Counted from the first letter of the stretch, positions 11,160 through 21,821 are shown. The stretch: DNA of 64,000 bases from Methanotrichaceae archaeon (GCA_963803145.1 CAWDLW010000008.1:64001-128000); one strand, 5' to 3'. The notes: a model not told the origin generated them from the sequence alone. Program-made: numbers and translations.

Positions 11160-11263
11160 TGGCTAAGCATGGGGATCTCCATGTTTAAGTCTCTTTTTAA
11201 ATCAAAGTAAGTTCTCTGACTCCGAAGCCATATGCCGCTTGGGTAATGCTTAAAAGCGGCATT

Positions 11264-12079
11264 TTAAGTATCTCTGTTAATGATCATGGGATAGAATCCA
11301 TGAATGCTATCACGTAGAGCCTTTAAGCGTTCGTATTTGCTGCATTCCTTTCTTATTTTAGAGGCTCTTACTGGCAGGTAATTTCTATATTTTATGAAGT
11401 TAGCTATATACAGATTTCTTATCTTTCCACTATCAAGTAACCCAAGCTCGACATAGTACCTGCAAAGACCAATAGCTCCATACTCTTCAAGTCGTCTTGC
11501 GGAGGTCACTACCTTCCTTTGGACCAGGAATCGAGTCTGTCCCTCTGTTCTCAGCTCCTTATCAAAGGCGGCATCCTCAAGGGCAAACTCCTTGAAGCCT
11601 CCTATTTTCATAAATATCTTCTTCGGCACGCAGATGTTTATCCCAATGAGGCTACCATTACCCATTTTCGAATTGAGCCACCAGTAGTAATCGCTAACAT
11701 ATTCGATTATTCTTATCTTGGGGCCTTTGCCTTCAATTCCAAAACCCATTGTAAGTCCGACTACGCCGTCCTCAAGATATTTGTGAACAACTTCAAGGTA
11801 ATCTTTCTTTATCATTGTGTCAGCATCGATAAACACTAAGTACTTCCCTTTAGCAAATTTTGCACCATAATTCCTACCCCACCAAATTCCCCTTTTCTTA
11901 GATATAACAACGATATCTGCATATTTCTTAGCAATTTCAACTGTTCTATCTTCACTTGCTCCATCAGAGACGATTATCTCATACCTGTTGCGGGGAAAAG
12001 TTTGACTGGAAATTGATCTCACACAATCTTCAATATAATTTTCCTCGTTCAGCGTCGGTATAATGACTGAGAACTCCAT
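11264..12079 (-). CDS. Glycosyltransferase family 2
   Basis: SVIIPTLNEE, DGASED, RNYGA, FIDAD, LED, TSARR. Confidence 0.92.
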   Translation of the reverse strand: MEFSVIIPTLNEENYIEDCVRSISSQTFPRNRYEIIVSDGASEDRTVEIAKKYADIVVISKKRGIWWGRNYGAKFAKGKYLVFIDADTMIKKDYLEVVHKYLEDGVVGLTMGFGIEGKGPKIRIIEYVSDYYWWLNSKMGNGSLIGINICVPKKIFMKIGGFKEFALEDAAFDKELRTEGQTRFLVQRKVVTSARRLEEYGAIGLCRYYVELGLLDSGKIRNLYIANFIKYRNYLPVRASKIRKECSKYERLKALRDSIHGFYPMIINRDT

Positions 12080-12396
12080 AGATACCGACTCCCTAAATGT
12101 ATAGGTTCATTAATTAAACCTTTTGTGCTATTAAAAATCGTTTTAGATTATTCCCTAATTATTCTTCACCCTACATTTCTCATAGATTACTTTGGGGTAA
12201 TACTTTACTACATTGCTAATTAGTGCCCGGGTAAGCGTCATCCAGGATTTTGGAGTTTAGGTTTTCCTGAATCGTTTTTAATGCTCCTCCCGATGATAGA
12301 TATTGCTCAAATCACCGAGAAGCTATTTTTCCTATACAAAGACCTAGTTTCCTATATAAGGAGCGATCGGTGAAGTATCGAAAATCGCTACGTAGA

Positions 12397-12463
12397 GTGG
12401 GGATAACCAAGCCAGGCCAACGGTGATAGACTCAAGATCTATTCTCGCAGGAGTTCAAGGGTT
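12397..12463 (+). pseudogene. Truncated tRNA-Leu(CAA) copy (5' part up to the T-loop), att site
   Basis: 12383-12463 matches 19969-20049 over 81 bp with 2 mismatches, then diverges after AAGGGTT. Confidence 0.9.
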
Positions 12464-12552
12464 TGGTCTTTCCTGAACGGCGCTAAACACCGATTTTCGG
12501 AATATTTCTTCCTAAAGGCGAATAGATATTGCACAAATATCCCTAGGAAGAG

Positions 12553-13428
12553 ATGAAGATGGCAAAGATCGCCGTTGATTGGAGTATGGATAAAGAGCAG
12601 GATATTAAACCGGCTTTGACGCGATTTAAGAAATACCTGGATAGAATTGGATTTAAAGAGAATACTATTATACTCTATGTGAAGCTGATTAATGCGTATC
12701 TCCTTGAAGCAAAAACAGGTACGCCGTCTACAAAAGATGCAGAAAAGTTCTATAATTCTCTCCATGAAAGAAAGCTATCAGGTAGTGCTATCAACAATTT
12801 TGCGGCAGCTATTATTAAGTATCATAAGATGATAGACAACCCGGTTAAGCTATCTTTCCTAAAGCTGAATAATTCGCTACCTTATTACTTTGATGAAATG
12901 GATGTTCTTAAGATCTTTGGTGCATGTAATAACCTAAAGCATCATTCTATGCTGAAAGTTCTATTCTTTGGCTGTTTAAGATCAGGTGAGTTATGCAACC
13001 TTGATGTTTCTGATTATGATCCCAAAGATTTAACTCTAAGACTTAGAGAAACCAAGAACAAATCCGATGCTTTAACTTTCATCAATGATGATACTGCTAG
13101 AGTTTTGAACCAGTATTTGAGCTTAAGACCGCCTATTAAGATTGAAGGAAAAGAACCTTCATTTGTTACCGATTACGGGCATAGATACACAAATAAAGAG
13201 GTATATCGCGTATTTATGTATTATAAGAAAAAAGCGGGCATTCAGAAAAAAGGCGGGGTTTATTGTTTTTCAAGGCATTCAAGTGCAACTTTGATGGTAA
13301 CTAAAGGTTGCGATCTTAGGAGCGTACAAGCCATACTGCGCCATCGCGATATTCATACAACTCTAAGATATACCCATCTTTGCGATGCTGTAAAAAGAGA
13401 AAAGCATAGCCAATATCTTACGATTTAA
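12553..13428 (+). CDS. Tyrosine recombinase/integrase (Xer-like)
   Basis: GCLRSGE, TKNK, SRHSSAT, LRH..TTLRY. Confidence 0.93.
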   Translation: MKMAKIAVDWSMDKEQDIKPALTRFKKYLDRIGFKENTIILYVKLINAYLLEAKTGTPSTKDAEKFYNSLHERKLSGSAINNFAAAIIKYHKMIDNPVKLSFLKLNNSLPYYFDEMDVLKIFGACNNLKHHSMLKVLFFGCLRSGELCNLDVSDYDPKDLTLRLRETKNKSDALTFINDDTARVLNQYLSLRPPIKIEGKEPSFVTDYGHRYTNKEVYRVFMYYKKKAGIQKKGGVYCFSRHSSATLMVTKGCDLRSVQAILRHRDIHTTLRYTHLCDAVKREKHSQYLTI

Positions 13429-13512
13429 CCTTTATTTTTATCGACATAAATAATTGGACTTATCATATACACCGCTAGCATAAAGATAAAAATGAAAGCC
13501 ATAAGAGATGAA

Positions 13513-15048
13513 TTACTTTATGGACTTACGATAGTTTCCTTTTTTAAACTCTTTAAGCTTTTTATATTCTATTGATTTTTCAACAGCAGAATAAATTATA
13601 TCAGATCCGCCTAATATCCCTGATGTATCTATTAATTGAATCAGCAGTACTTTTAAAAATACACTTAATTTATAGTTTATTCGAGGAAGATCATCATCGC
13701 TAAACGAGTTTCTTCGATTGTTTTCGTCAAAATGTGTGTAGTAATTCCTTGTAGCTACTAATCTTTGAATGATTTTTTCTTCGCCATCGGGTTCATCATC
13801 TATAAGCATTTTAAACCATTTTAATTCTCCACGTCCACAATTGCTAAGCTCTTTTAATCTTGTAGTCAATGAAAATTCATTACTCATAGAAATTTTACTT
13901 TGGAAATTTTTAACCAAATATTCATATTTTTTTAATAATTCATCTTTTGTTATTGAAACACCATTTTCATTTGTTAGAGCTTTTATCAATTCTTCAGGAA
14001 CTGCATTAATTAGAGCATTTCTTATTGGCTTGAATTCACCTGTTTTTAAATATTTTCCCCCATAAACGCGCCTATGAAATGTCTCTATAGCTTGCATTAA
14101 AGTTAAAAAGTATATATGTGGATTCATTGATGGATTGTAAAAGGTTAAAAAGAACAAATCAATAACTGGTGCGATTATATCAGTTTCCTTAAACCAATTA
14201 TTTAGGTCTTTAGTAACAAGTTTATTTGGAAACCTAATAAGATCCTGAAAAGTTGTCTCTATCATAAAGGGGTGAAGATCTTCAATAACTCTAGGATTAG
14301 GTATAGTGTAATAAATATTAACTAGCTCATCAAAAATATTACGATCAGGTTGATGTTTGATTTGAGCGGATAGTTTAATAGGATAAACTGGATAACCCAT
14401 AAGTAACGTCAATAGATTCCCTAGATCAATGATTCTTTTTTGGAACCATTCCCAACTTTGCTCATCCATCGGTTGAATACTTATATTTGATTGATATCTA
14501 ATTTCAACTTCAGTTTGAAGATCGCCTAGAGAATTATGAATGGAAGAGATATGTAAGGTAGATTTAATAGATTCTAAATCCATTTTATAATCTATTGTTT
14601 TACATTTTATGTTATACTCATCCTTATCCCATTTATACTCAAACTTATTATTTATCCACTTATCTAAATAAGTAAAATTTGCGCTTAGGAAAATAAACCT
14701 AATATCATTCTCTTGCAAGAAATGATTGCCAAAAAAGATATACTCGCAAATGAAAATAGATTTGCCACGTTTATTGTTGTAATTTAGTCCATTAGAAACT
14801 GAGCTTTCTTCGTATATTCTAGATAAACGATAAACTGTTACTTTTTTCCCTATATTAAGACAGCCTAACATTATATCGAATTCTCTAAGATCATAATGAT
14901 GCTTCTTACTAAAAACGCCGTTTAATTCGAGTTCTATATAGTTATGCTTGAATTTAATTATTCCACTTAGTGGTTCTTCATCTTTTCCAGGTAGCCACCA
15001 TGTTCCAGAATACTCAAACTCATCTAAGAGGTTAAATTCAATATCCAT
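13513..15048 (-). CDS. ApeA-like protein (ApeA N-terminal domain + HEPN), probable anti-viral RNase
   Basis: G.WWLP N-terminus, FLTLMQAIETFHR, HEPN RxxxxH motif RNYYTH. Confidence 0.85.
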   Translation of the reverse strand: MDIEFNLLDEFEYSGTWWLPGKDEEPLSGIIKFKHNYIELELNGVFSKKHHYDLREFDIMLGCLNIGKKVTVYRLSRIYEESSVSNGLNYNNKRGKSIFICEYIFFGNHFLQENDIRFIFLSANFTYLDKWINNKFEYKWDKDEYNIKCKTIDYKMDLESIKSTLHISSIHNSLGDLQTEVEIRYQSNISIQPMDEQSWEWFQKRIIDLGNLLTLLMGYPVYPIKLSAQIKHQPDRNIFDELVNIYYTIPNPRVIEDLHPFMIETTFQDLIRFPNKLVTKDLNNWFKETDIIAPVIDLFFLTFYNPSMNPHIYFLTLMQAIETFHRRVYGGKYLKTGEFKPIRNALINAVPEELIKALTNENGVSITKDELLKKYEYLVKNFQSKISMSNEFSLTTRLKELSNCGRGELKWFKMLIDDEPDGEEKIIQRLVATRNYYTHFDENNRRNSFSDDDLPRINYKLSVFLKVLLIQLIDTSGILGGSDIIYSAVEKSIEYKKLKEFKKGNYRKSIK

Positions 15049-15279
15049 GTTATATCGGTTGTAGAGGTATATGTTATATAAACGCTTTAAGGCTTGAAAG
15101 TTTTAAAAAATCCGATTGTTTATGCATTTTTTATCGGCAAAGATATTTATCCCTTATCTATCCCGAAGGGTGAAAAGCTCAAGCTGCAAGGCAACGTAGA
15201 AATCAAAAGCTTAAAGCGATGATGGCGGCGGACATAGTCTAAGGCCCGCTTTCCTCTTTCGTCATTCCATTATATGCAT

Positions 15280-16044
15280 CTAGCAATTTACATACTTTAT
15301 GGGATTTTGCGAATTTGCGGTTAGGTAATGTTTAACCGACTTATTTACATATTTGTCGCGTATTTCCTTTTTTGCGATATTACCATCAAATTCCCACCGT
15401 TGAGGATCATATGTGTAAAGCTCATTTGCATCTGGGCGCGTTTTATAAAGTGTCGCTTGGGTTCCGGCCTTATACCACTGTTTTATTTCATATACTTCTA
15501 CAACAATACCTTTGAAAACTGAAAATGCGTATTCTGCACATTCTCGCTTTGGGCCAATTACCCATACTCCGCGTGTAACATCGTACAATGAATCCGCATC
15601 CATTCCATATCGATATAGCTGGTTAATTCTGATAAGTATTGCACGTTCCGTAATATTGGCTTGGTCTTTTGGATCTATGATTTCCCCAATTGCGTTGGTT
15701 CCCATTCCATCGATGTGCATACGGTTTGGCTCTCCATGTTTCTTCGTGCCGGGTCCACGAATGAGGTTTGTGAGCGGTGGGATTCCGATTAAATCAATCG
15801 CGGCCGCCTCTATCATCTTAGCGGTTTCATCATCTAAGTTATAGCGGAGAAATTCCTTAATTGGTTCTTTCTTTTGCGCGCGGATTTCCTCAATTTTCGC
15901 AAGGGTTTTTGCGTTACGCTCTGTATTGTTATCAATTCGTGATTTTCTTCCTTTTCCTATATAGAAAACATTTCCATCTATCGGATTCCTAAAAAGGTAA
16001 ACATAGTAATCGGAATCCTTGGATACTGTTTCCACGCTAGCCAT
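15280..16044 (-). CDS. LEM-3-like GIY-YIG nuclease domain protein
   Basis: YYVYLFRNP..VFYIGKG..R, IEAAAID, LTN; C-terminal TRGVW..NPIKY domain. Confidence 0.85.
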   Translation of the reverse strand: MASVETVSKDSDYYVYLFRNPIDGNVFYIGKGRKSRIDNNTERNAKTLAKIEEIRAQKKEPIKEFLRYNLDDETAKMIEAAAIDLIGIPPLTNLIRGPGTKKHGEPNRMHIDGMGTNAIGEIIDPKDQANITERAILIRINQLYRYGMDADSLYDVTRGVWVIGPKRECAEYAFSVFKGIVVEVYEIKQWYKAGTQATLYKTRPDANELYTYDPQRWEFDGNIAKKEIRDKYVNKSVKHYLTANSQNPIKYVNC

Positions 16045-16929
16045 TTTGGCACCCCATAGACGCTGAAATTGCAGTCCTATTATATATTATCAGTGGTTCA
16101 TTGATCCGCTGTTATCAATTATATGTAATAGCATCAAAGAGCGAAAGGGTATTGTCTAAGGCCCGCTATCCTTTCATTACCCCTATTGGATTACCTTATT
16201 TAAATCTCCAATTTACCGCTAGCTGTAAGATAACTAACCGGGTGATATTCTCTATATCACCCGTCTATTTTCGGGCCTTAAATCGCATTATAGAGCCTTT
16301 TTATGCTCCATAAACCAACGCGGATTCCGCGCCGGTTTTACCAACCTTCACCGAAAACGCAACGATCGCGTTTTCTGAAGAAACCGCAGAGAAACCCGGC
16401 AATGTGGCAACGCCGGGCGGCGCGATACCAACCTTTTTTTTTTAGCTCACCCTATAATCTATCAAGCCTTTGCCGATCCTCGCTTATAGGGCATCCTACG
16501 CAACCTACTTCTAGACAATTTCTAAAGTGTTAGGCTGCAACCCTACCCTTTCAAAGTTGTACATACAAAACCCGTAAGTTCTATATATTACTTTATACAA
16601 CTTGCAGAGCTCCGCAAAATCGGGTAAACTACCCTTCTTCCTAACCCTTCATTCCAGCGCCTATAGACACAAATTCTGCAGCTCGCCTAATATCAATCGA
16701 TCATGGCGTCAGATGGCGATTTTTACAAAATACTTTCCAGAGCGCAAAGGATGCCTTGGTGATCGGAAAAGGTATTTATAAAATACCGCTTTGATTCGAA
16801 GGTACTCAAAAATGAAATGATTTATCTGTTGGTTGTATATACTCTAGTACAAATGGAGTCTTGATCATGTTACCAATTAGGGAATCATTTGGTGAAATAC
16901 TCAAACTAACTTAATTAACTGTTATTTGC

Positions 16930-17868
16930 CTAACTTTTAATTCTAATAATTTTTGCCATTTTAATTTTATCCATAGGCACTACATATAAGAAAGACTGTG
17001 GTGGCGCTGGCTTATGCTTTTCCACCATATAATAGTTCCCATCTTGCTGAGCAACTAGGATTAAGGTGTTGTTTGAAAGCTCTGTTGATGATTCATTTAG
17101 ATCTAATTTAATCTCATAACTCCCTGGAGCCCCCTCTATCAGCTTTATGGCGTCGTAGGCACCAATTTCATTAAAGATGGATGCGTTAATATAAAATAGA
17201 GAAATTAAGGTAAAGATTATAACAAAAATCATAAACTTACTCTCTTTCATTCTATCTAGTTCTAATGAAAAAATTGTTCCACATATACATAAAATAAGGG
17301 AGACAACAGCTAATAATATCAATATAAAATATGTACTAAAAATTTGTGCGATAACGTTCACAAACGCATTCGGTGTATCCCCCAAATGAAAAATTGCAAA
17401 TATATAATCAGTATAATCAAATATAATATATTTATAACTAGTCATACAATAATAAAAAATGAAATATGATAACATAATACTGAAATACAAAACAGTTTCA
17501 TCAAACATCCGCTCATTACGATAAATTGCTCTCCTTTTTTCCAAAGTAGTAGGGCGCATTTTGCCAAAAACATTCGATTTTATATTTAGAAAAAATTTAT
17601 TAAAATTTATAGGGTTTTTACCATAAATTCTACAAATTAAAATTATAATAGATGAAAATCCTATCATAACCACAATATTTATAATAATAATTGGTATTAA
17701 TCTTAATAAAAACTTTGTGTTCAATAAATCAGAATACTGATATGGGAAGGAAAATCTGCCAAAATAAGCATCACTATAAATTAATCCAAATAAATAGAAA
17801 AAGTAAGCTAACAAAGCAAAAATTATTGCGGGTTCTATTAGCCGGTTAATTGATTTCTGATGTGGCAT
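16930..17868 (-). CDS. Multi-pass membrane hypothetical protein
   Basis: About 5 hydrophobic segments; 312 aa ORF in very AT-rich DNA. Confidence 0.7.
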   Translation of the reverse strand: MPHQKSINRLIEPAIIFALLAYFFYLFGLIYSDAYFGRFSFPYQYSDLLNTKFLLRLIPIIIINIVVMIGFSSIIILICRIYGKNPINFNKFFLNIKSNVFGKMRPTTLEKRRAIYRNERMFDETVLYFSIMLSYFIFYYCMTSYKYIIFDYTDYIFAIFHLGDTPNAFVNVIAQIFSTYFILILLAVVSLILCICGTIFSLELDRMKESKFMIFVIIFTLISLFYINASIFNEIGAYDAIKLIEGAPGSYEIKLDLNESSTELSNNTLILVAQQDGNYYMVEKHKPAPPQSFLYVVPMDKIKMAKIIRIKS

Positions 17869-18241
17869 AATACCATTTATCCAAAACTTCGCCTCTATTT
17901 CGAGCTGTTGCTATAAAAAGGTTGAGCTAAATGCGATATATTTGGAGACTTCCAGCTACTGTTCACTTATCACTATGAAGTTTTAGAGCATCGGCCCAAG
18001 TGCATTCATTGGTCTTTCGCCAGATCGACAACTTATTAGATTCTTTCTGGCATAAAGTCCTCAGAATAACCAGCTTAACAAAGTGCGAGAATCTCATCCC
18101 CTGCACATATTGGTAAATACGGAATCGGCATCAATGGACTACGCCTTGAATAGTGCGGCCTGATGGTTACCAGTAAACCTATCATAACGCTCTTTTGGCG
18201 TTAATTTTATCCTGAAGCATCAACCATAGTGTTAAGATGCC

Positions 18242-18499
18242 ATGAACCCTAAGACGACCGTACTGGCAGTTCTTCCTGACAACAAAGACGAAGCAATATC
18301 CATGAAAGAGATTGCCCTCGCGTTGGGCCTGGACATTTCTTCATATACTGCCACGGGCCGAACCAAACGCCAGCTTTCCAGAACACTCAGGGCATTAATA
18401 AAATGGGGCTGGGTGGGTTGCGACCGGAGACAGGGAGAGAACGGACATAAAGCCTGGCATAATGCTTACTGGAAAACTGAGCTGGCAGAGTCAGTATAA
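18242..18499 (+). CDS. Small winged-HTH-like protein
   Basis: ISMKEIALALG..LSRTLRALIKWGWV pattern. Confidence 0.6.
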   Translation: MNPKTTVLAVLPDNKDEAISMKEIALALGLDISSYTATGRTKRQLSRTLRALIKWGWVGCDRRQGENGHKAWHNAYWKTELAESV

Positions 18500-19080
18500 T
18501 CGATCGGATATCATATTGTCTTTATGGCTCTAGTTCCAAAAAAAATCCATCATAAGTTATAATAATATTTTTGCTCTAAAATTCCTTAGCTGATCGATAG
18601 CCGTGAAATTACCCTAAAAACGCAATCGGTAACCCACCGACTTAAGGTAGGTAGTCTTTTGAGCATACTTTCCAGCTACAATTCGCATGATGGGCGATAA
18701 GTTCAGTCTATTCGTATACCTTATGGAATTGCTAAGTTAACAAAAGCATCCCCCACTCTACACCATAAATCATCCGAATAATAACCTCTATATATCGTGA
18801 AGTATCTAAAAGTTTCCAATAAGTTAAAGCTTTAGAAATTGCCAGAAAATCTTCACGAAGAGCTTAAGCAATCCGAGGAAAACCTGATTAATGCTCGATA
18901 GGAAACCGCCAAATTTGAGCTATCCCTTAAGGGCATAAATGATGAGCTATTATTCCTTCACGACCATGTAAACCAACCTACCCAAAGCTTAGGCCAGATA
19001 GGCTTAAAACACGGCGATGAAGATATCCAGAAATGGGTACAATGGAAATTCTGGAAATAATGGGCCGTTAAAATGATTCT

Positions 19081-19302
19081 TTAGATAGCATCTTCATTGA
19101 TTTTCGTAATGGTATCAAGCGCATGGCCTTTAATATTGCCAGAGGTAGAACTATTTCCAATTTCGGCAATTGCAATTATTGCGGGTTTACCATAAGCAGC
19201 TAAAGTATTGATTGCCTTAAACTTTTCGTAATCAATTGTTGCTTCTAGAGCTAATCTTTTTATCTTTTCTATTTCTTTTGTTATTTCTTTTGTTTCATCC
19301 AT
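19081..19302 (-). CDS. Small HEAT-like helical hypothetical protein
   Basis: KAINTLAAYGKPAI.AI..I, ALDTI. Confidence 0.55.
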   Translation of the reverse strand: MDETKEITKEIEKIKRLALEATIDYEKFKAINTLAAYGKPAIIAIAEIGNSSTSGNIKGHALDTITKINEDAI

Positions 19303-19471
19303 TGTTTGTCACTATAAGATGGGTTAATATCTACACTTTATAAATCTTTCTACTTAAATTCTGAAACAAATAATATCAAAATGTACTCAAAATAATGAGT
19401 CGTTTAAATCGCTTTTAACGGCCATATCTCCTAAGCTATGAAGGGATTTATACCACCTACTTAGAGCTATC

Positions 19472-19714
19472 ATGATGAAAACATTGCGCTATAAAATCCT
19501 GCTCAGGAAAGAGGAAGACGGTACTTATACCGTGATTGTGCCATCGTTACCGGGATGTTTGACTTATGGGCGTACCGTCGTCGAAGAAGCTCTTGCGATG
19601 GCAAAAGAGGCCATTGAGGGTTTCATAGCCTGTATGATTGAGCGCGGCGAAGAAATCCCCATTGAAACCGACGATTCAATTATATGTACCGTTGCCATCG
19701 AAGCTAACGCTTAG
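19472..19714 (+). CDS. hicB: HicB-family antitoxin (no adjacent hicA seen)
   Basis: EEDGTY.V.VPSLPGC.TYG.T..EAL.MAKEAI..GEEIP. Confidence 0.88.
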   Translation: MMKTLRYKILLRKEEDGTYTVIVPSLPGCLTYGRTVVEEALAMAKEAIEGFIACMIERGEEIPIETDDSIICTVAIEANA

Positions 19715-19982
19715 TTTTAACAACTCATTTTTCCCATCAAGGTTCAAAGTGCAACGGAATCGCTTTACCTTTGACATTCGTGGCTAATTCTATTATAGAT
19801 AGATTTATTCTTTACGCTATAATGCATTAATTATATCAAAAAGACATTATGGGTATTTTTAGTTGTTATGAATGCTTTTTCGGGTAATAGATAATGCACA
19901 AATACCCGAAAACCTATTTATATAAGAACTGGTTTCTTGATGTTAGGGATAATAGGAAAATATTCGATAATCGCTACGCAGA

Positions 19983-20067
19983 GCGGGGATAACCAAGCCA
20001 GGCCAACGGTGATAGACTCAAGATCTATTCTCGCAGGAGTTCAAGGGTTCGAATCCCTTTCCCCGCA
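19983..20067 (+). tRNA. tRNA-Leu(CAA)
   Basis: GCGGGGA/TCCCCGC acceptor, ATAGA-CT-CAA-GA-TCTAT anticodon arm, long variable arm, GGTTCGAATCC. Confidence 0.95.
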
Positions 20068-20754
20068 CTCCAATCAACCAGAGAATAGTGATTCTTTAGT
20101 TTTTAGCCATCTTCGCTTTATATACCGAAAAGGCGTTCTTATATGTGAATTTTAGCGAGAAATAGATGCAATCTATTACAACATAATTCTTACATCTGTT
20201 TAATTAAGGACCTGTCGGCTGAGTCTCTTAAGGCTCATGAGATATTACATAACACTAGATGCAGATGCCTGGGCTGGGAAAGCCCTGGCACCCAAGGCAC
20301 TCGGTCAAACTGCTGAGGCCGATAGCAGCCTTCGCAAAGGCCAGAGCGCTAGGGTATCTGGGATGATCCCGATTACTTCGCAATCTTCTGACCGAAAGCT
20401 TTATTTCGACTATAGACGTAATAGTTATAGGCAAAGGTCGGACCACCTATTTTATCTGCGTCCTACATTACTGACTTTTGCCTCCCTCCTAATTCACTCT
20501 TGATTATAGACTCATTTTGCTTGTATGCCTTCATTTGCCCGCGATTCTGTTGAATATTGTGATAGTGGCCGAGGGAGTTGTTAGGCAGGCGTGTTGGGGT
20601 GCTTCGCTCTGAAGGCTACAGGCTAAGGGCTGCATAAGTTATATTGTGAGATTGTCCGGCTCGACCAATTCTCAAGAAGCCCTTGAATAGCGATGCCCTC
20701 CTCAATCAGGGATTTTGCTCAATGCGATCAGGGAGGGCTAACAAACTTTCTAGT

Positions 20755-20955
20755 CTATTTTTTCTCTGCTTTTTTGCCCTCTTCAATTAGATCTTTTACT
20801 CTTTGGCCGCCTTTATGGCCGATCTCCTCGTAGAACTCACGCCCATGAGTCTCAGCAGTCTTCTCTCCTCCCTTGCGTCCAGCCTCAGAAACAGTCATCG
20901 AACCCTTGCTTTCCCTTTCCGTTTTTTTCATAGCAGCCATTAATCTCAACTCCAT
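20755..20955 (-). CDS. KGG/Em-type general stress hydrophilin
   Basis: MTVSEAGRKGGE..HGREFYEEIGHKGG. Confidence 0.88.
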   Translation of the reverse strand: MELRLMAAMKKTERESKGSMTVSEAGRKGGEKTAETHGREFYEEIGHKGGQRVKDLIEEGKKAEKK

Positions 20956-21195
20956 TGTTTTTTCGCTGACCAGAACATATTCATTAATGAAACCGAAGAT
21001 AAGGCTAACATTAACGGCTGTTCTGGTGTTATATCTACCACTTTTTTATGGTAGGGTTATATAATATATCGCATGCATCTATATAAATTTTTTCAATATC
21101 AGTAGTACTATCCCTAAATAAGCCGATGATCAAATAGATGGCTCGTAAGGAGTATATCAGTAATAACCTGCTGTGTGGGCCTCTTTTGGAGGTAA

Positions 21196-21450
21196 TCAAA
21201 GTTGCATTATCTCTCTTTGGATGATCTTTAGGCCCCTCAATATTTCTCGCCCTTTTTCCGTAGTTTCATAAACAGTTAGATCTCCGTTTATTATATGCAG
21301 CAAGCCTTTCATGATCAATTTATCAAGGTATGGGCCTGCCGTCTTAAAATTCATGTTTGTCTTATACACGATTCTTGTCTTGCATGCGCCACCTATGCAG
21401 AGTTCAAGGATTTCAGCAATAATAGTCTCTTTGCTTCGTTTTAAGTACAT
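21196..21450 (-). CDS. Winged-helix transcriptional regulator (COG3432-like)
   Basis: RSK..IIAEILE.C..GA.KTRIVYKTNMN..YETTEKG. Confidence 0.82.
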   Translation of the reverse strand: MYLKRSKETIIAEILELCIGGACKTRIVYKTNMNFKTAGPYLDKLIMKGLLHIINGDLTVYETTEKGREILRGLKIIQREIMQL

Positions 21451-21588
21451 ATAGAGTAAACCCTCCAACCGATAATACGACTTCAATTTATAATTTGTTA
21501 TGTATTATCTCTCAATCCATATGTACTTTCTGATCCGATTCGTTAAACGTATTAAAAGTCTTTAGGATGAATATCTGGAGGCATTTTC

Positions 21589-21819
21589 ATGATCTTGTGG
21601 CGTAGACGTGAGGCCAGGCCCCTAGTGCCCAGGAAGATAGTCAACCCTAGGCTTCTGGAGCTTGAGGCCGCCAAGGAGATACTGGCCGAGATATTTCATG
21701 CCTGGCCAGTGGATATCGAGAAGATGGTCCAGAGTAGGCTTGAGGAGAGGAGCTGGGATGTGAAGCAAATGCCGGCATCCGATGGCCTATGGCCTGCATC
21801 CTTTTGCCTGGGTAAATAG
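21589..21819 (+). CDS. Small hypothetical protein
   Basis: GGAGG upstream; LLELEAAKEILAEIF helix. Confidence 0.55.
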   Translation: MILWRRREARPLVPRKIVNPRLLELEAAKEILAEIFHAWPVDIEKMVQSRLEERSWDVKQMPASDGLWPASFCLGK

Positions 21820-21821
21820 CC

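Larger units (their letters stand above)
12397..20067. mobile_element. Integrative island at tRNA-Leu(CAA), ~7.6 kb, eroded
   Basis: tRNA-derived direct repeats at both ends, tyrosine recombinase beside the left repeat, AT-rich cargo. Confidence 0.85.

Noticed and set aside
19714-19900. hicA toxin partner
   Set aside because: No HicA-like ORF seen on either side of hicB
20305-20350. Hammerhead ribozyme (CTGCTGAGGCC..)
   Set aside because: Core is not CUGANGA and there is no properly placed GAAA
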